Below are positions 10,789 through 20,746 of a DNA stretch of 40,345 nucleotides, piece after piece. Each line of letters starts with the position of its first letter. Position 1 is the stretch's first letter. The stretch is from Rhodoferax sp. (lineage in GTDB: Bacteria > Pseudomonadota > Gammaproteobacteria > Burkholderiales > Burkholderiaceae_C), in assembly GCA_028711355.1 (NCBI GenBank), contig JAQTSL010000001.1:1-40345 (forward strand), given 5' to 3'. The notes under the pieces are model-generated. The model was not told the origin of the DNA, made no database searches, and saw only the letters and a program-made list of their open reading frames with translations. Position numbers and translations under genes: made by a program.

Positions 10789-12338
10789 AAGCCTCTCTGC
10801 ATGGTGTCTTCCTTGAAGCCAAAGCCCGCGTTGCCCTTGCGGTCGCCGGTAAATTCCAGCATTTCAATGGCTTGTTCACGGTGCGCAGCGGGGATCACAA
10901 AACGCTGATCAAACTTTGCCAGCGAAGTCAAGGTATAGACATCTTCTGCCATTTCAGGGGTGTATCCAACTTGGCGCAATGCGGCCAACGCAGACTGCTC
11001 GGTAATATCGCCCACCGTTTTCCAACGCCGGTAAATGCGAATCGACATGAGTTTCTTCATACGGTCCTTCATTTGCTCTACGTTGCCGGCGCTAAATAAA
11101 CTGGCCAGGTACTTCATTGGGAAGCGGGCATTGTCAATATCGCCGAAGAAATCGGTGGTAGACGTGTCGTACAGCCAGGTGTCTGTCCATTTTTTGGAAA
11201 TGTCATTGAGCTTGGCGTTTTGGGCCGTGTTATTCACCTGCTTGACGCTGGCCATGACGGGCAGCATCGGTGGCACATAAAACAGCGAAGGCAGGGTACG
11301 GAACTCTGGATGCAAAGGCAACGCCAGCCCCCACTCTTTGACAAATTTGTAAACTGGCGAATTCTGTGCGGCAGCAATAGTCGAATCAGCAATGCCATTG
11401 GCTTTGGCAGCGGCGATCACTGCGGGATCAAACGGATCCATCAGCATGCTCAAATGCTGATCGACCAAATTCCCTTCGGGGCTTGAAGCCACCTGTTCAA
11501 TCCGCTCGGCATCGTAGAGAAGCACGCCAAGATAGCGGATGCGCCCCACGCAAGAGTGCATACAGGCGGGTGCCAGACCTGATTCAATCCGTGGATAGCA
11601 CAGAATGCATTTTTCAGACTTACCGGTATTCCAGTTGTAGTAAGACTTCTTGTAGGGGCAGGCGGTGACACACATGCGCCAGGCGCGACAAACCTTCTGA
11701 TTGATCAACACAACGCCGTCTTCACCGCGCTTGTAGATTGCACCCGATGGGCAAGATGCCACACAGGCCGGATTCAGACAGTGGTTGCAAATTCGCGGCA
11801 GGTAGAAGAAAGCCATTTTTTCCAGTTGGAACATGGCTTCTTGCTCAGCCGGGGTCAGACTTGCCAGGTTGGGATCTTTGCGAGCAAAGTCCGGCGTACC
11901 AGACAGGTCATCGTCCCAGTTGGGCCCCATCTTGATGTCCATCGGTTTGCCGGTAATCAGCGACACCGAGCGCGCCGTGGGTTGGCAGTCACCTTCTGGT
12001 GACTCAATCAGGTCGAGGTACTTGTAGGTGAAGGGTTCAAAGTAGTCATCCAAAACCGGCATGTTGGGGTTGTGAAAAATGTTGAGCAACCCCTTGCGTT
12101 TGCCTGCACCACGCAGTTGCAGCGCACCTCCAACAGTTTCCCAGCCCCCCTTGTAAATGCTCTGGTCTTCCCACTTGGTTGGAAAGCCAGTGCCGGGCTT
12201 GGTCTCTACATTGTTCCAGTACATGTACTCTGCACCTTTACGGTCGGTCCAGATGTTTTTACAGGCAACCGAGCAGGTGTGGCAGCCGAGGCACTTGTCC
12301 AGGTGAAACACCATCGAAATTTGTGAACGGATATCCAT
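10785..12338 (-). CDS. narH: Respiratory nitrate reductase beta subunit (system 1)
   Basis: DKCLGCHTCSVACK, PRICNHCLNPACVASCP, CRAWRMCVTACP, KCILCYPR Fe-S motifs. Confidence 0.96.
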   Translation of the reverse strand: MDIRSQISMVFHLDKCLGCHTCSVACKNIWTDRKGAEYMYWNNVETKPGTGFPTKWEDQSIYKGGWETVGGALQLRGAGKRKGLLNIFHNPNMPVLDDYFEPFTYKYLDLIESPEGDCQPTARSVSLITGKPMDIKMGPNWDDDLSGTPDFARKDPNLASLTPAEQEAMFQLEKMAFFYLPRICNHCLNPACVASCPSGAIYKRGEDGVVLINQKVCRAWRMCVTACPYKKSYYNWNTGKSEKCILCYPRIESGLAPACMHSCVGRIRYLGVLLYDAERIEQVASSPEGNLVDQHLSMLMDPFDPAVIAAAKANGIADSTIAAAQNSPVYKFVKEWGLALPLHPEFRTLPSLFYVPPMLPVMASVKQVNNTAQNAKLNDISKKWTDTWLYDTSTTDFFGDIDNARFPMKYLASLFSAGNVEQMKDRMKKLMSIRIYRRWKTVGDITEQSALAALRQVGYTPEMAEDVYTLTSLAKFDQRFVIPAAHREQAIEMLEFTGDRKGNAGFGFKEDTMQRGL

Positions 12339-12359
12339 GTTTATTTCCTTAGTGGCGAA

Positions 12360-15300
12360 TCAAAATACGACCTTGTCCATCTTGGTGATGGTCACGTGTG
12401 TATCCCGGTTGCAAGCAATCGGTCCCCAGTAATTGAAGTGGTACGAGAACTGGCCGTAACCACCCGCGAGGTTGTTGGGCTTGAGGTGAACCCGAGTAAA
12501 GCTGTTCAAGCCACCACCGCGCTTCTTGCCACCGCGAACCTGGGATTTCGGGATATTCAATGTCCGATCGGTCGAGTGATAGACAATGCACACCCCAGGC
12601 GGAACCCGTGAGGTGACCACGGCGCGGGTGGCAAAGACACCGTGGTCGTTATGCACCTCGATCCAGTCGTTGTCCTTGATGTCCATCTCGGCGGCATCTT
12701 TTTCCGACAGCCAGCACGGCTCACAGCCACGGTGCAAGGTCATCATGCGCAGGTTGTCCCCGTAGGTGGAGTGGATATGCCACTTGCCGTGCGGTGTCAG
12801 ACAGTTCAGCACCCGGGTCTTGCCGGCCTTCATCGTCTCCCGCAGATCGCCATAAGCTTCGGGTTTGGGTGAAGGCTTGTAGGTCGGCAAATGTTCCCCA
12901 TAGGCGATGTACATGTCGTGATCCAGGTAAAAATGCTGCCGCCCCGTGAGCGTGCGAAACGGCACCAGCGTCTCAATGTTGTAGGTGAAGGCCGAATAGG
13001 CACGCCCCCCCGTCATCAATCCTGACCACAGGGGCGAGTTGTTGTAGCGCCGCGGCTGCGCTTGCAGGTCGGCGTAGTTGATGCGCACATCTTTACTGCC
13101 CTCGCCCAGGTAAGCCAGTTCCAGCCCAGTTTTTTTCTCCATGTTTTTGTAGGCGCGCACTGCCAACTCACCATGGGTCAAGGAGGATAAATGCAGGATC
13201 GCGTTGCACGCGGAAACATCTTCTTTGAGTGACGGGTATGTCTTGCCGTCGATCACTTCGGTCGGGAAATGCTTCGAGTCAAGCATCTCGTCGTACTCTT
13301 CGGTACACATGTAGTGATTGCCGTGCGCGCCCATTCCTGCGTTCCTGGCGTTCACACCCAGGGTGATGAACTTTTCGAAAATTTTGGTGTAATCGCGCCG
13401 GATAACACCCAGCTTGTGCATGGTTTTACCGGGAATCGCCTCGCATTCACCGTGGTACCAGTCCTTCAGCCTTGGCTGGGTGATCTCATCGACCGAGTCG
13501 TGCCCCAGCGGTGCCATGGTCACATCAACTTGCACTTCCGGCAGATATTTTTTCGCCACTTCGCTGGTGACCCTGGCCAGTTCACGGAAGATGGCCCAGT
13601 CGGTCTTGGCCTCCCACACCGGCGCAATTGCCGCTGACAAGGGGTGGATGAACGTATGCAGGTCGGTGCTGTTCATGTCGGCCTTTTCGTACCAGGACGC
13701 AGCCGGCAAAACAATGTCGGAGTACAGCGCCGACGTGTCCATACGGAAGTTCAGATCCACCACCAAATCCATCTTGCCGCTGGCCGCAATTTCAGGCCAC
13801 TTCACTTCCTTTGTGTGCTCTGCTCCGTCCTTGGCAATGATGTTGTGGTGCGTACCCAGATAGTGGTGCAGACAGTATTCCATGCCCTTCATGCTGCCGC
13901 CAATAGCATTGCCGCGCCAGATGTACCACAGACGAGGATGGTTTTCCGGTGCCTCGGGATCGCTCACCGAATACGCCAGATCCTTGCTGATCAGCCGGTC
14001 GAGCACATGTTTTTTGATGGCATCGTCGTCCTTGGCACCGCCGGCAATGGCCTGTTTGCCCAGTTCCAGCGGGTTTTCCTTGAACTGCGGAAAGAACGGC
14101 ATCCAGCCATTGCGTACCGACATGAAGATCGAGTCGGCGTGGTGCATGTCGGTGAGCTTGTTTTTGGGCACCGTGTTGTAGTTGGCAAAGTGACCGTCGT
14201 AGCGATACTGGCTGGTGTTGATGTAGTGCCAGATCGGCGCCTGCTGCAACCGGTTGCCCGATACCCAGTCCTTGGCCAACGTGATCGTCGCCCAGGAGTC
14301 CACCGGTGCCAGTTTCTCCTGACCCACGTAATGGTTGAGGCCACCACCGTTTTTGCCGATACAACCGGTCAACATCAGGGCCATGGCACCCGCGCGGTAC
14401 ATCAGGTTGGCGTGATACCAGTGGTTGATGCCGGCACCGATGATGATCATGCACTTGCCTTCGGTGACCTTGGCGGTGTTGCCCCATTCACGTGCGAACT
14501 GTAGTACCGTCTGAATGTCAATGCCGGTAAAGATTTCCTGCCAGGCCGGGGTGTAAGCGGCGTTCTTGTCGCTGTAGTCTTTGGGGTAATCACCTTCGAG
14601 GTCGCGGCCAACGCCGTACTGGGCCATGATCAGGTCATAGACGGTGGTTACCGCCAACTTACCGTCAACCGTGTCGATGTACTTGACCGGCACACCGCGC
14701 AGGGCTTTTTTGTCCAGGCCAAATTCGGTGAACTCGGTTTGCAGCACGTCGTCACTTTGATCGAGCAAGGTTAGCAAGGGGTCAAACGTCGTGTCGCTGT
14801 TGCTGTCCTCGAATTTCATGTTCCACTGACCACCCGCCTTGTCGTATTTGTGGCCGATAGCACCTTTGGGCACCACCAGTTTGCCCGTGGTGGCGTCAAC
14901 GTTGACAAATTTCCAATCGCCGTGCTCGATATCTTTGTGCGCCTCCAATTGGTTGGCGCGCAACAGGCGACCGGGCAGATAGCGATTGCCCTCCTTGTTC
15001 AATACCACCAGCATCGGGCTGTCGGTAAAACGTTTGGTGTAATCAATGAAATAAGGCGTTTGCTGGTCGTGATGGAATTCCTTCAGAATGACGTGGGTCA
15101 CGGCCATCCAGAAGGCACCGTCGCTACCGGCATGCAGAGGCACCCACTGATCGGCAAACTTGCTGACCATCGAAAAATCGGGCGAAAACACCACCGTCTT
15201 GGTGCCGTTGTGTCGCGACTCGGCAAAGAAATGGCAATCTGGCGTGCGTGTCATGTTCAGGCAGGCGCCCATGTCGGCAATCATCTTGGCGTTGTACCAG

Positions 15301-15977
15301 TCCGCGCTTTCGCAAACGTCGGTCTGCTCACCCCAGATTTCCGGGAATGCCGTTGGCAGGTCGCAGTACCAGTCGTAAAAACTCAGATTGACACCGCCAA
15401 AAAGCTGGAAGAAGCGTGCGCCAGCGGCGTAGCTGATCATGGACATCGCGGGAATCGGTGAGAAACCAAAGACCCGATCCGGACCATGCTTTTTAGCGGT
15501 GTAAATATTGGCCACCGCCATGATCTCGTTCACCTCGTCCCAACTGGTGCGACGGAAGCCGCCCTTGCCACGCGCAGTCTGGTAGGCCTTGCGTTTGACG
15601 GCATCGCCTTGCAATGCGGCCCAGGCCTTCATCGGGTCACCGTGCTTCTCTTTTTCGGCGCGGTAGGCGTCAATCAAGGCCCCACGGATCAGCGGATACT
15701 TGATGCGCAGCGGGCTGTACAAATACCACGAGAACGAAATCCCCCGCTGACAACCACGTGGCTCGTAAGGCGGCAGTTTATTTTCCAGCAGCGGGTAGTC
15801 AATCTGCTGCGTTTCCCAGACCACAATGCCTTCCTTGACGTGAATCTGCCAGGAACATCCCCCGGTACAGTTGACGCCATGGGTACTACGCACCACCTTG
15901 TCGTGCTGGAAGCGATTACGGTAAAACTCCTCCCATTTGCGAGTGTCTGGTGCAATGATGTCTTTAATCCAACCCAT
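12360..15977 (-). CDS. narG: NarG/NxrA-family molybdoenzyme alpha subunit (system 1, divergent type)
   Basis: RSTHGVNCTGGCSW...PRGCQRG FS0 motif, SFYDWYCDLP Mo-ligand region, HYVGQEK, TPHGKWHIHSTY; no twin-arginine leader. Confidence 0.93.
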   Translation of the reverse strand: MGWIKDIIAPDTRKWEEFYRNRFQHDKVVRSTHGVNCTGGCSWQIHVKEGIVVWETQQIDYPLLENKLPPYEPRGCQRGISFSWYLYSPLRIKYPLIRGALIDAYRAEKEKHGDPMKAWAALQGDAVKRKAYQTARGKGGFRRTSWDEVNEIMAVANIYTAKKHGPDRVFGFSPIPAMSMISYAAGARFFQLFGGVNLSFYDWYCDLPTAFPEIWGEQTDVCESADWYNAKMIADMGACLNMTRTPDCHFFAESRHNGTKTVVFSPDFSMVSKFADQWVPLHAGSDGAFWMAVTHVILKEFHHDQQTPYFIDYTKRFTDSPMLVVLNKEGNRYLPGRLLRANQLEAHKDIEHGDWKFVNVDATTGKLVVPKGAIGHKYDKAGGQWNMKFEDSNSDTTFDPLLTLLDQSDDVLQTEFTEFGLDKKALRGVPVKYIDTVDGKLAVTTVYDLIMAQYGVGRDLEGDYPKDYSDKNAAYTPAWQEIFTGIDIQTVLQFAREWGNTAKVTEGKCMIIIGAGINHWYHANLMYRAGAMALMLTGCIGKNGGGLNHYVGQEKLAPVDSWATITLAKDWVSGNRLQQAPIWHYINTSQYRYDGHFANYNTVPKNKLTDMHHADSIFMSVRNGWMPFFPQFKENPLELGKQAIAGGAKDDDAIKKHVLDRLISKDLAYSVSDPEAPENHPRLWYIWRGNAIGGSMKGMEYCLHHYLGTHHNIIAKDGAEHTKEVKWPEIAASGKMDLVVDLNFRMDTSALYSDIVLPAASWYEKADMNSTDLHTFIHPLSAAIAPVWEAKTDWAIFRELARVTSEVAKKYLPEVQVDVTMAPLGHDSVDEITQPRLKDWYHGECEAIPGKTMHKLGVIRRDYTKIFEKFITLGVNARNAGMGAHGNHYMCTEEYDEMLDSKHFPTEVIDGKTYPSLKEDVSACNAILHLSSLTHGELAVRAYKNMEKKTGLELAYLGEGSKDVRINYADLQAQPRRYNNSPLWSGLMTGGRAYSAFTYNIETLVPFRTLTGRQHFYLDHDMYIAYGEHLPTYKPSPKPEAYGDLRETMKAGKTRVLNCLTPHGKWHIHSTYGDNLRMMTLHRGCEPCWLSEKDAAEMDIKDNDWIEVHNDHGVFATRAVVTSRVPPGVCIVYHSTDRTLNIPKSQVRGGKKRGGGLNSFTRVHLKPNNLAGGYGQFSYHFNYWGPIACNRDTHVTITKMDKVVF

Positions 15978-16029
15978 GTGTTTCTCCTCAAGTTACTTGA
16001 TAGCTGACGTTTGTATGAATGCTGGCGCG

Positions 16030-16665
16030 TTAAGTTGTCGATATCTGACGGTCAAAGAGTTCCGAGTTGACCGATCTGCGTTTGCGCTTGCTGCCTAGCA
16101 TCGAGAACAGCACCAGCAAAAAGACGACACCGCCGAAACCTGCCAGCAACATATTTGTACCCATGTTGTTCGCCTTCTGGGTGGCTGCCTGTGCATCAGC
16201 ATGCTGTAAAAATGCGCCCAGTGCCTGGCCTTCCGCGGCGATGAGTTGACGCCCCTGATACGCTCTCTGCATCACCGGAAAGGGGGATTCTTCATCTGCA
16301 AGCGGCAGCTTTTCCTGAATCCCATCGGCGCCAATACGGGTGAAGGTTTTTGTAAGATCCTTGGCCAGCGTGCCACCACCGGGCACAGCATCGTTGAGCA
16401 CGTTATGGCAGGCGTTGCACGCCGGTCCGCCAGCGCTCAAACGCTGGGTGCCGAGAAACAGGTTCTTGCCTTGTTGAATCAGCTCAGCCGAAGGTACTGC
16501 TGGTGCTTCAGGTAGCGCCGCCGCTACAGGCGCCGCAGCTGTAGGCGCTGAGCCAGCGCCATCTGGTGTGGCCGCTTGCTGGCTGAGTGCCCAGGGTGAT
16601 GCGAACAAACCGCTGCCGATCAAAATGGCACCTGCGAACCGGGGTGCGAAGGTTCTGTTATTCAT
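16030..16665 (-). CDS. Membrane-anchored monoheme cytochrome c (NarC-like)
   Basis: Signal peptide, Ala/Pro linker, GGPACNACH, C-terminal TM helix followed by KRKRR; directly upstream of narG. Confidence 0.8.
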   Translation of the reverse strand: MNNRTFAPRFAGAILIGSGLFASPWALSQQAATPDGAGSAPTAAAPVAAALPEAPAVPSAELIQQGKNLFLGTQRLSAGGPACNACHNVLNDAVPGGGTLAKDLTKTFTRIGADGIQEKLPLADEESPFPVMQRAYQGRQLIAAEGQALGAFLQHADAQAATQKANNMGTNMLLAGFGGVVFLLVLFSMLGSKRKRRSVNSELFDRQISTT

Positions 16666-16756
16666 TTGTAGAGTTCTCCATAGGTTGTTACCAGACAAAG
16701 ATGCCGACGGCTCTGGCGCATAAAAACCGCTGGCATGAAAAAATCACTGGGGGGCT

Positions 16757-18427
16757 TCATGGGTTCTTGATGTAGGCATTGCTGCGTAAGTAGAACCACC
16801 AGTTCAACACCAGGCAAACGGCGTAAAACACCGCAAAGCCATACATGGAATATTCGGGCGTGCCGGCCTTGACCTGGGCACCGATCACCACCGGCGCAAT
16901 AAAGGCACCGTAGGCTGCCACCGCCGAGGTCCAGCCCAGCACCGGACCGGCCTGCTGCCGATCAAAAATCACCCCAACCGTGCGAAAGGTCGAACCATTA
17001 CCCAAGCCGGTTGCGGTAAAAAGGATCACGAACAACACCATGAAGATCAGGAAGTACTCTTCCGGCGTTGCTGACTTGTAGGCCAGCATCATCACGTAGC
17101 CCACTGCGGCTGAAGCGACCACCATGACTGCCGAGATGATCTGGGTCACGATGGAACCACCCACCTTGTCAGAAATCCAGCCACCCACAGGGCGAATCAG
17201 GGCGCCAATAAACGGGCCAATCCAGGCGTATGTCAGAGCCGAAGGTGCGTTGGGATTCTTCAGGGTATGGGCCATCAAACCGGTCGCCGGGTCGAGCACA
17301 TGCTGCACACCGAAGATCACCGTGATGGACAGCGGCAGTGCCATCGAAAAACCGATGAACGAACCGAAAGTCACCACGTACAACGCCGACATCGACCAGG
17401 TATGCTTGTTGCTGAAGATGGCAAATTGCTTGGTGATACCGGCCTTCATCTCACCAAAAGCGGCGACCTTCATCACGATCAGCATAGCAATCATGATCAG
17501 CGGCAGTGCCACCCACATATTGAGTAGCCCCAGGCCTGAAGGAGCCGGCAGATAGAGATAAAGGCCAACGACCCCCACAATACACGTCAACAGCCAGAGG
17601 TAAAGTATCTTGGCGAAGCCCGCCAACGTTCCACCATAGTTGGGTGACAACGGTAGCAGGTTGTTCATCCCAAAAAATCCGAAAAACGCCAGCGGGATCA
17701 GTGCCAACAACCAGACAAAGCCGGCGTTCTGAATGTAAGTGAGGGTACCCGCCAAAATCTTGCCCAGAATCCAGCCGGAGTCCTTGGTCAGCGTCATGGG
17801 CTCGCCGCCCATGACCCCAAAAATACCGACAGTCATCACCAACGGGATCAGGATTTGCATGGTGGTCACACCAAAGTTACCCAATCCGGCATTCAGGCCC
17901 AGTGCCGTGCCCTGCAGGCGCTTTGGGTAGAAACCGCTGATGTTGGACATCGAGCAGGCGAAATTGCCACCACCAATACCCGAAAGAAAGGCATAGATCT
18001 GAAACACCCATAGGGGCGTGGTCTTGTCCTGCAACGCAAAGCCTGCACCAATGGCTGGAATCATCAGCAGTGCGGTGGTCAGGAAGATCGTATTGCGCCC
18101 ACCACTGAGGCGGATGAAGAACGAAGCGGGAATGCGAAAGGTAGCCCCCATTAACCCCGAAATAGCCGTCAAGGTGAACAATTCCGCCGGCGTGAACGGA
18201 AATCCCAGATTGAGCATCTGCACCGCGATGATGCCCCACATCAACCAGATGGCAAACCCAAGCAACAGGCTGGGAATTGAAATCCAGAGATTGCGGTTGG
18301 CAATTTTTTTGCCATGCGCCTCCCAGAAGACCTCATCTTCCGGATCCCACTGAGCAATGTCGGCAGGGCTGTAACTGGCCGAAGCTGCTGCGCCAATTGA
18401 CACCGGTTGTTGTCGTTTACTATTCAT
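16757..18427 (-). CDS. narK: NarK2-type nitrate/nitrite MFS transporter
   Basis: WDPEDEVFW, ANRNLWISIP, GGGNFACSMSNI, FGSFIGFS, GLGNGSTF; close paralogue of 27715..29343. Confidence 0.92.
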   Translation of the reverse strand: MNSKRQQPVSIGAAASASYSPADIAQWDPEDEVFWEAHGKKIANRNLWISIPSLLLGFAIWLMWGIIAVQMLNLGFPFTPAELFTLTAISGLMGATFRIPASFFIRLSGGRNTIFLTTALLMIPAIGAGFALQDKTTPLWVFQIYAFLSGIGGGNFACSMSNISGFYPKRLQGTALGLNAGLGNFGVTTMQILIPLVMTVGIFGVMGGEPMTLTKDSGWILGKILAGTLTYIQNAGFVWLLALIPLAFFGFFGMNNLLPLSPNYGGTLAGFAKILYLWLLTCIVGVVGLYLYLPAPSGLGLLNMWVALPLIMIAMLIVMKVAAFGEMKAGITKQFAIFSNKHTWSMSALYVVTFGSFIGFSMALPLSITVIFGVQHVLDPATGLMAHTLKNPNAPSALTYAWIGPFIGALIRPVGGWISDKVGGSIVTQIISAVMVVASAAVGYVMMLAYKSATPEEYFLIFMVLFVILFTATGLGNGSTFRTVGVIFDRQQAGPVLGWTSAVAAYGAFIAPVVIGAQVKAGTPEYSMYGFAVFYAVCLVLNWWFYLRSNAYIKNP

Positions 18428-18480
18428 ACGAAATCCTCTGGTTTTAACTAGTGATTTGCAATTTGTGATCTGTGGGCTCG

Positions 18481-19980
18481 TCAATGCGCCCCGGCCATCA
18501 TTTCCCGATCCACCGATGAAAGTTGGTATTCCTTGGCAAAGGCTCCGGCCGGTTCCTTCATGAAGAAGAAACAGAAAACAAAGGTGACAGCGGCGGTCGC
18601 GCCAATCATCAGGAAAAACTGGCTATCGGTCAGGGATACGTAGGCCGAGGTGTAGATGACGGCCCCAACGTTTCCGTAGGCCCCGGCATAGCCCGCCACA
18701 TTGCCGGTAATACGGCGCTTGACGAAGGGCACCAGGGCGTAGGTGGTGCCGCAGCCACCGGTGACGAATATGGCACAGATGACGGTTACCAGCACGGCTG
18801 CAGCGATCGGCCATTGCGGTCCAATCATGCTCATCAAGATAAAGCCGCCAGTGACACCCGCCAGGTAAATCATGTGCGCCAGCTTGCGCGTTGGTGTGCG
18901 GTCCGACACGTAGCCGCCAAGCGCCCTGGAAAAGAAATTCATCAGTGCAAACATGGAGCCGAACATGCCAGCCATCACTGGCGTCAACTCAAACGTTTTC
19001 TGAAAGAAGAACGGCAGCATCGAAATCACTGCGAGTTCCGCGCCGAACGTCACAACGTAGGATGCATTGAGTGTGCCCACTTGGGTAAACCGATATTTGT
19101 CGTCTTCGGGCACGCCCTTTTTCAGAATCGGCACGTTGACCTTGATCAGTGCCCAAATCTGTTGCATCACCATGATGACAATCACCGCGTACAACACATA
19201 CGAGATATCGGTCGTGATATAGCCCTTCTTGGTCACCATTCTGACCAGCAATGACAGCACCCCCCAAATCGGAATGGTCCAGATAATGGCCAGCACCAGG
19301 TCGCCCCAGGTGGACACTTCGATGGCTGCGGCCTTTCTGGCGATGGGCCGCACAAAACCCTTGGGGCCGTCGGTAATGGCAAACCAGTAATAGACACCGT
19401 AGAGGAACATCACCATGCCACTGACCGCTACCGCCCAGCGCCAACTGTCAAATACCGTCAGGGCCAAGATCGGCATGGTGAGCGCGGCCAACGACGAACC
19501 CCAGTTACCCAGACCAGCCTCAACACCTTGTGAAAAGCCCGCGTCCCTGGGTTTGAACCACAACGACGTCATGGCAATCCCCACCACAAACCCTGTCCCA
19601 ACGGCACTCAGGATCAGTCTGGCAATCAGCATTTCCGTGTACGAAGTGGCCATGGCAAACCACAAACACGGAATCGCCATAGACCACATCACGATACAAA
19701 ACGTTTTTCGTGGGCCCAGGCGGTCGCACAACATGCCTACGACCACACGGGTTGGCACCGTCAATGCCACGTTACAAATTGCCAATACCTTGAGTTGATC
19801 CAGTGTCAACCCGGTGCTCTTCATGATGGTTGACACCAGCGGAGCCATGTTGAACCAGACATAGAACGTGATGAAGAACGCGATCCATGTCTTGTGCAAA
19901 GCGGCAATCTCGGCGCGTCCAAAGGCCAGCAAGTCGCCCCAGCCCATCGTTTTTTCTGCGGTTCTGCCAGAAGTCGTCAT
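18481..19980 (-). CDS. NarK/NasA-family nitrate/nitrite MFS transporter (divergent)
   Basis: LHKTWIAFFITFYVWFN, AGLGNWG, FGAELAVISMLP, GAYGNVG. Confidence 0.85.
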   Translation of the reverse strand: MTTSGRTAEKTMGWGDLLAFGRAEIAALHKTWIAFFITFYVWFNMAPLVSTIMKSTGLTLDQLKVLAICNVALTVPTRVVVGMLCDRLGPRKTFCIVMWSMAIPCLWFAMATSYTEMLIARLILSAVGTGFVVGIAMTSLWFKPRDAGFSQGVEAGLGNWGSSLAALTMPILALTVFDSWRWAVAVSGMVMFLYGVYYWFAITDGPKGFVRPIARKAAAIEVSTWGDLVLAIIWTIPIWGVLSLLVRMVTKKGYITTDISYVLYAVIVIMVMQQIWALIKVNVPILKKGVPEDDKYRFTQVGTLNASYVVTFGAELAVISMLPFFFQKTFELTPVMAGMFGSMFALMNFFSRALGGYVSDRTPTRKLAHMIYLAGVTGGFILMSMIGPQWPIAAAVLVTVICAIFVTGGCGTTYALVPFVKRRITGNVAGYAGAYGNVGAVIYTSAYVSLTDSQFFLMIGATAAVTFVFCFFFMKEPAGAFAKEYQLSSVDREMMAGAH

Positions 19981-20031
19981 TTTTGTCTTTCGTGAATATG
20001 AGAAAAATGCCTTGAATGCCTGACGTTTTGC

Positions 20032-20448
20032 TCAGGAGAGAAGCAGCACAGGCAGATCGCCCAAATGGCGAAGCAAGTAATCGCTGACGCTGACGGCGAC
20101 GTTGCCAAACCTGATTCCGCCTTGGGGCGGACGGCTGGCAATGACCACCAGATCGGGTTGTTTGGCTTCGATGGTCGCCACCAGCATCTTGCGCGGATCG
20201 CCGGTTGCAAGCACCACGCTGACATCAAAGCCGCGCTCAGCTGCCCATTGGGCAGATTGGGTCAGCGCGGCTTCCATCGCAGCGCGCAGTCCCTCAAATG
20301 CCTGTTCATCATGGCTGCTGGCATCGAGCGGGTCAGCAACCACAGACACCAGAATCATCTGCGGTTGTAGATGCCCAAGAAGTGCGATACATTTCTCCAG
20401 CGCAGACTGGGCATTTTCAGAGCCGTCATGGCATACAAGAATTTTCAC
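20032..20448 (-). CDS. Universal stress protein
   Basis: MKILVCHDGSENA...GDP...DLVVIAS...VSDYLLRH...PVLL; GTG start with an AAAGGA RBS. Confidence 0.88.
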   Translation of the reverse strand: MKILVCHDGSENAQSALEKCIALLGHLQPQMILVSVVADPLDASSHDEQAFEGLRAAMEAALTQSAQWAAERGFDVSVVLATGDPRKMLVATIEAKQPDLVVIASRPPQGGIRFGNVAVSVSDYLLRHLGDLPVLLLS

Positions 20449-20553
20449 TTTCTGTCCTTTTTTGCTATCACCGCCGCACTGTGGCCTGTGAAGTTGAAGG
20501 GCAGTCTAGTGACAAGATTCATGTCAGGAAAGGGCCGACAGGGGCACGAAAAT

Positions 20554-20698
20554 GCGTCAGATACCTACAAAGAAGTAGCCTGAAATTTGTGGGTAAAGCG
20601 TTGGTTTTACGTATTTCGCTTGTTACAAGTGCTTACTGCCAGATGCACCCTGAAACCTGACTGGGAGTCAAAAAACACCTGCAGAAAATAAGAGGTAC
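20554..20698 (-). promoter_or_regulatory. Three-box promoter of the first nar operon, including a NarL 7-2-7 site
   Basis: Minus strand carries GTACCTCTTATTTTCTGC (20681-20698), GTAAGCACTTGTAACAAGCG (20617-20636) and GC-TACTTCT-TT-GTAGGTA-TCTGACGC (20554-20579). TACTTCT fits the NarL heptamer TACYYMT. Confidence 0.75.
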
Positions 20699-20746
20699 TC
20701 CCAACGCACCACTTTTCAGACCCTGTTTAAGCCAGAAAATAGCAAC

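Noticed and set aside
15988-16030. ATAGCT-containing intergenic stretch as another copy of the element
   Set aside because: No left arm and a weak right box.
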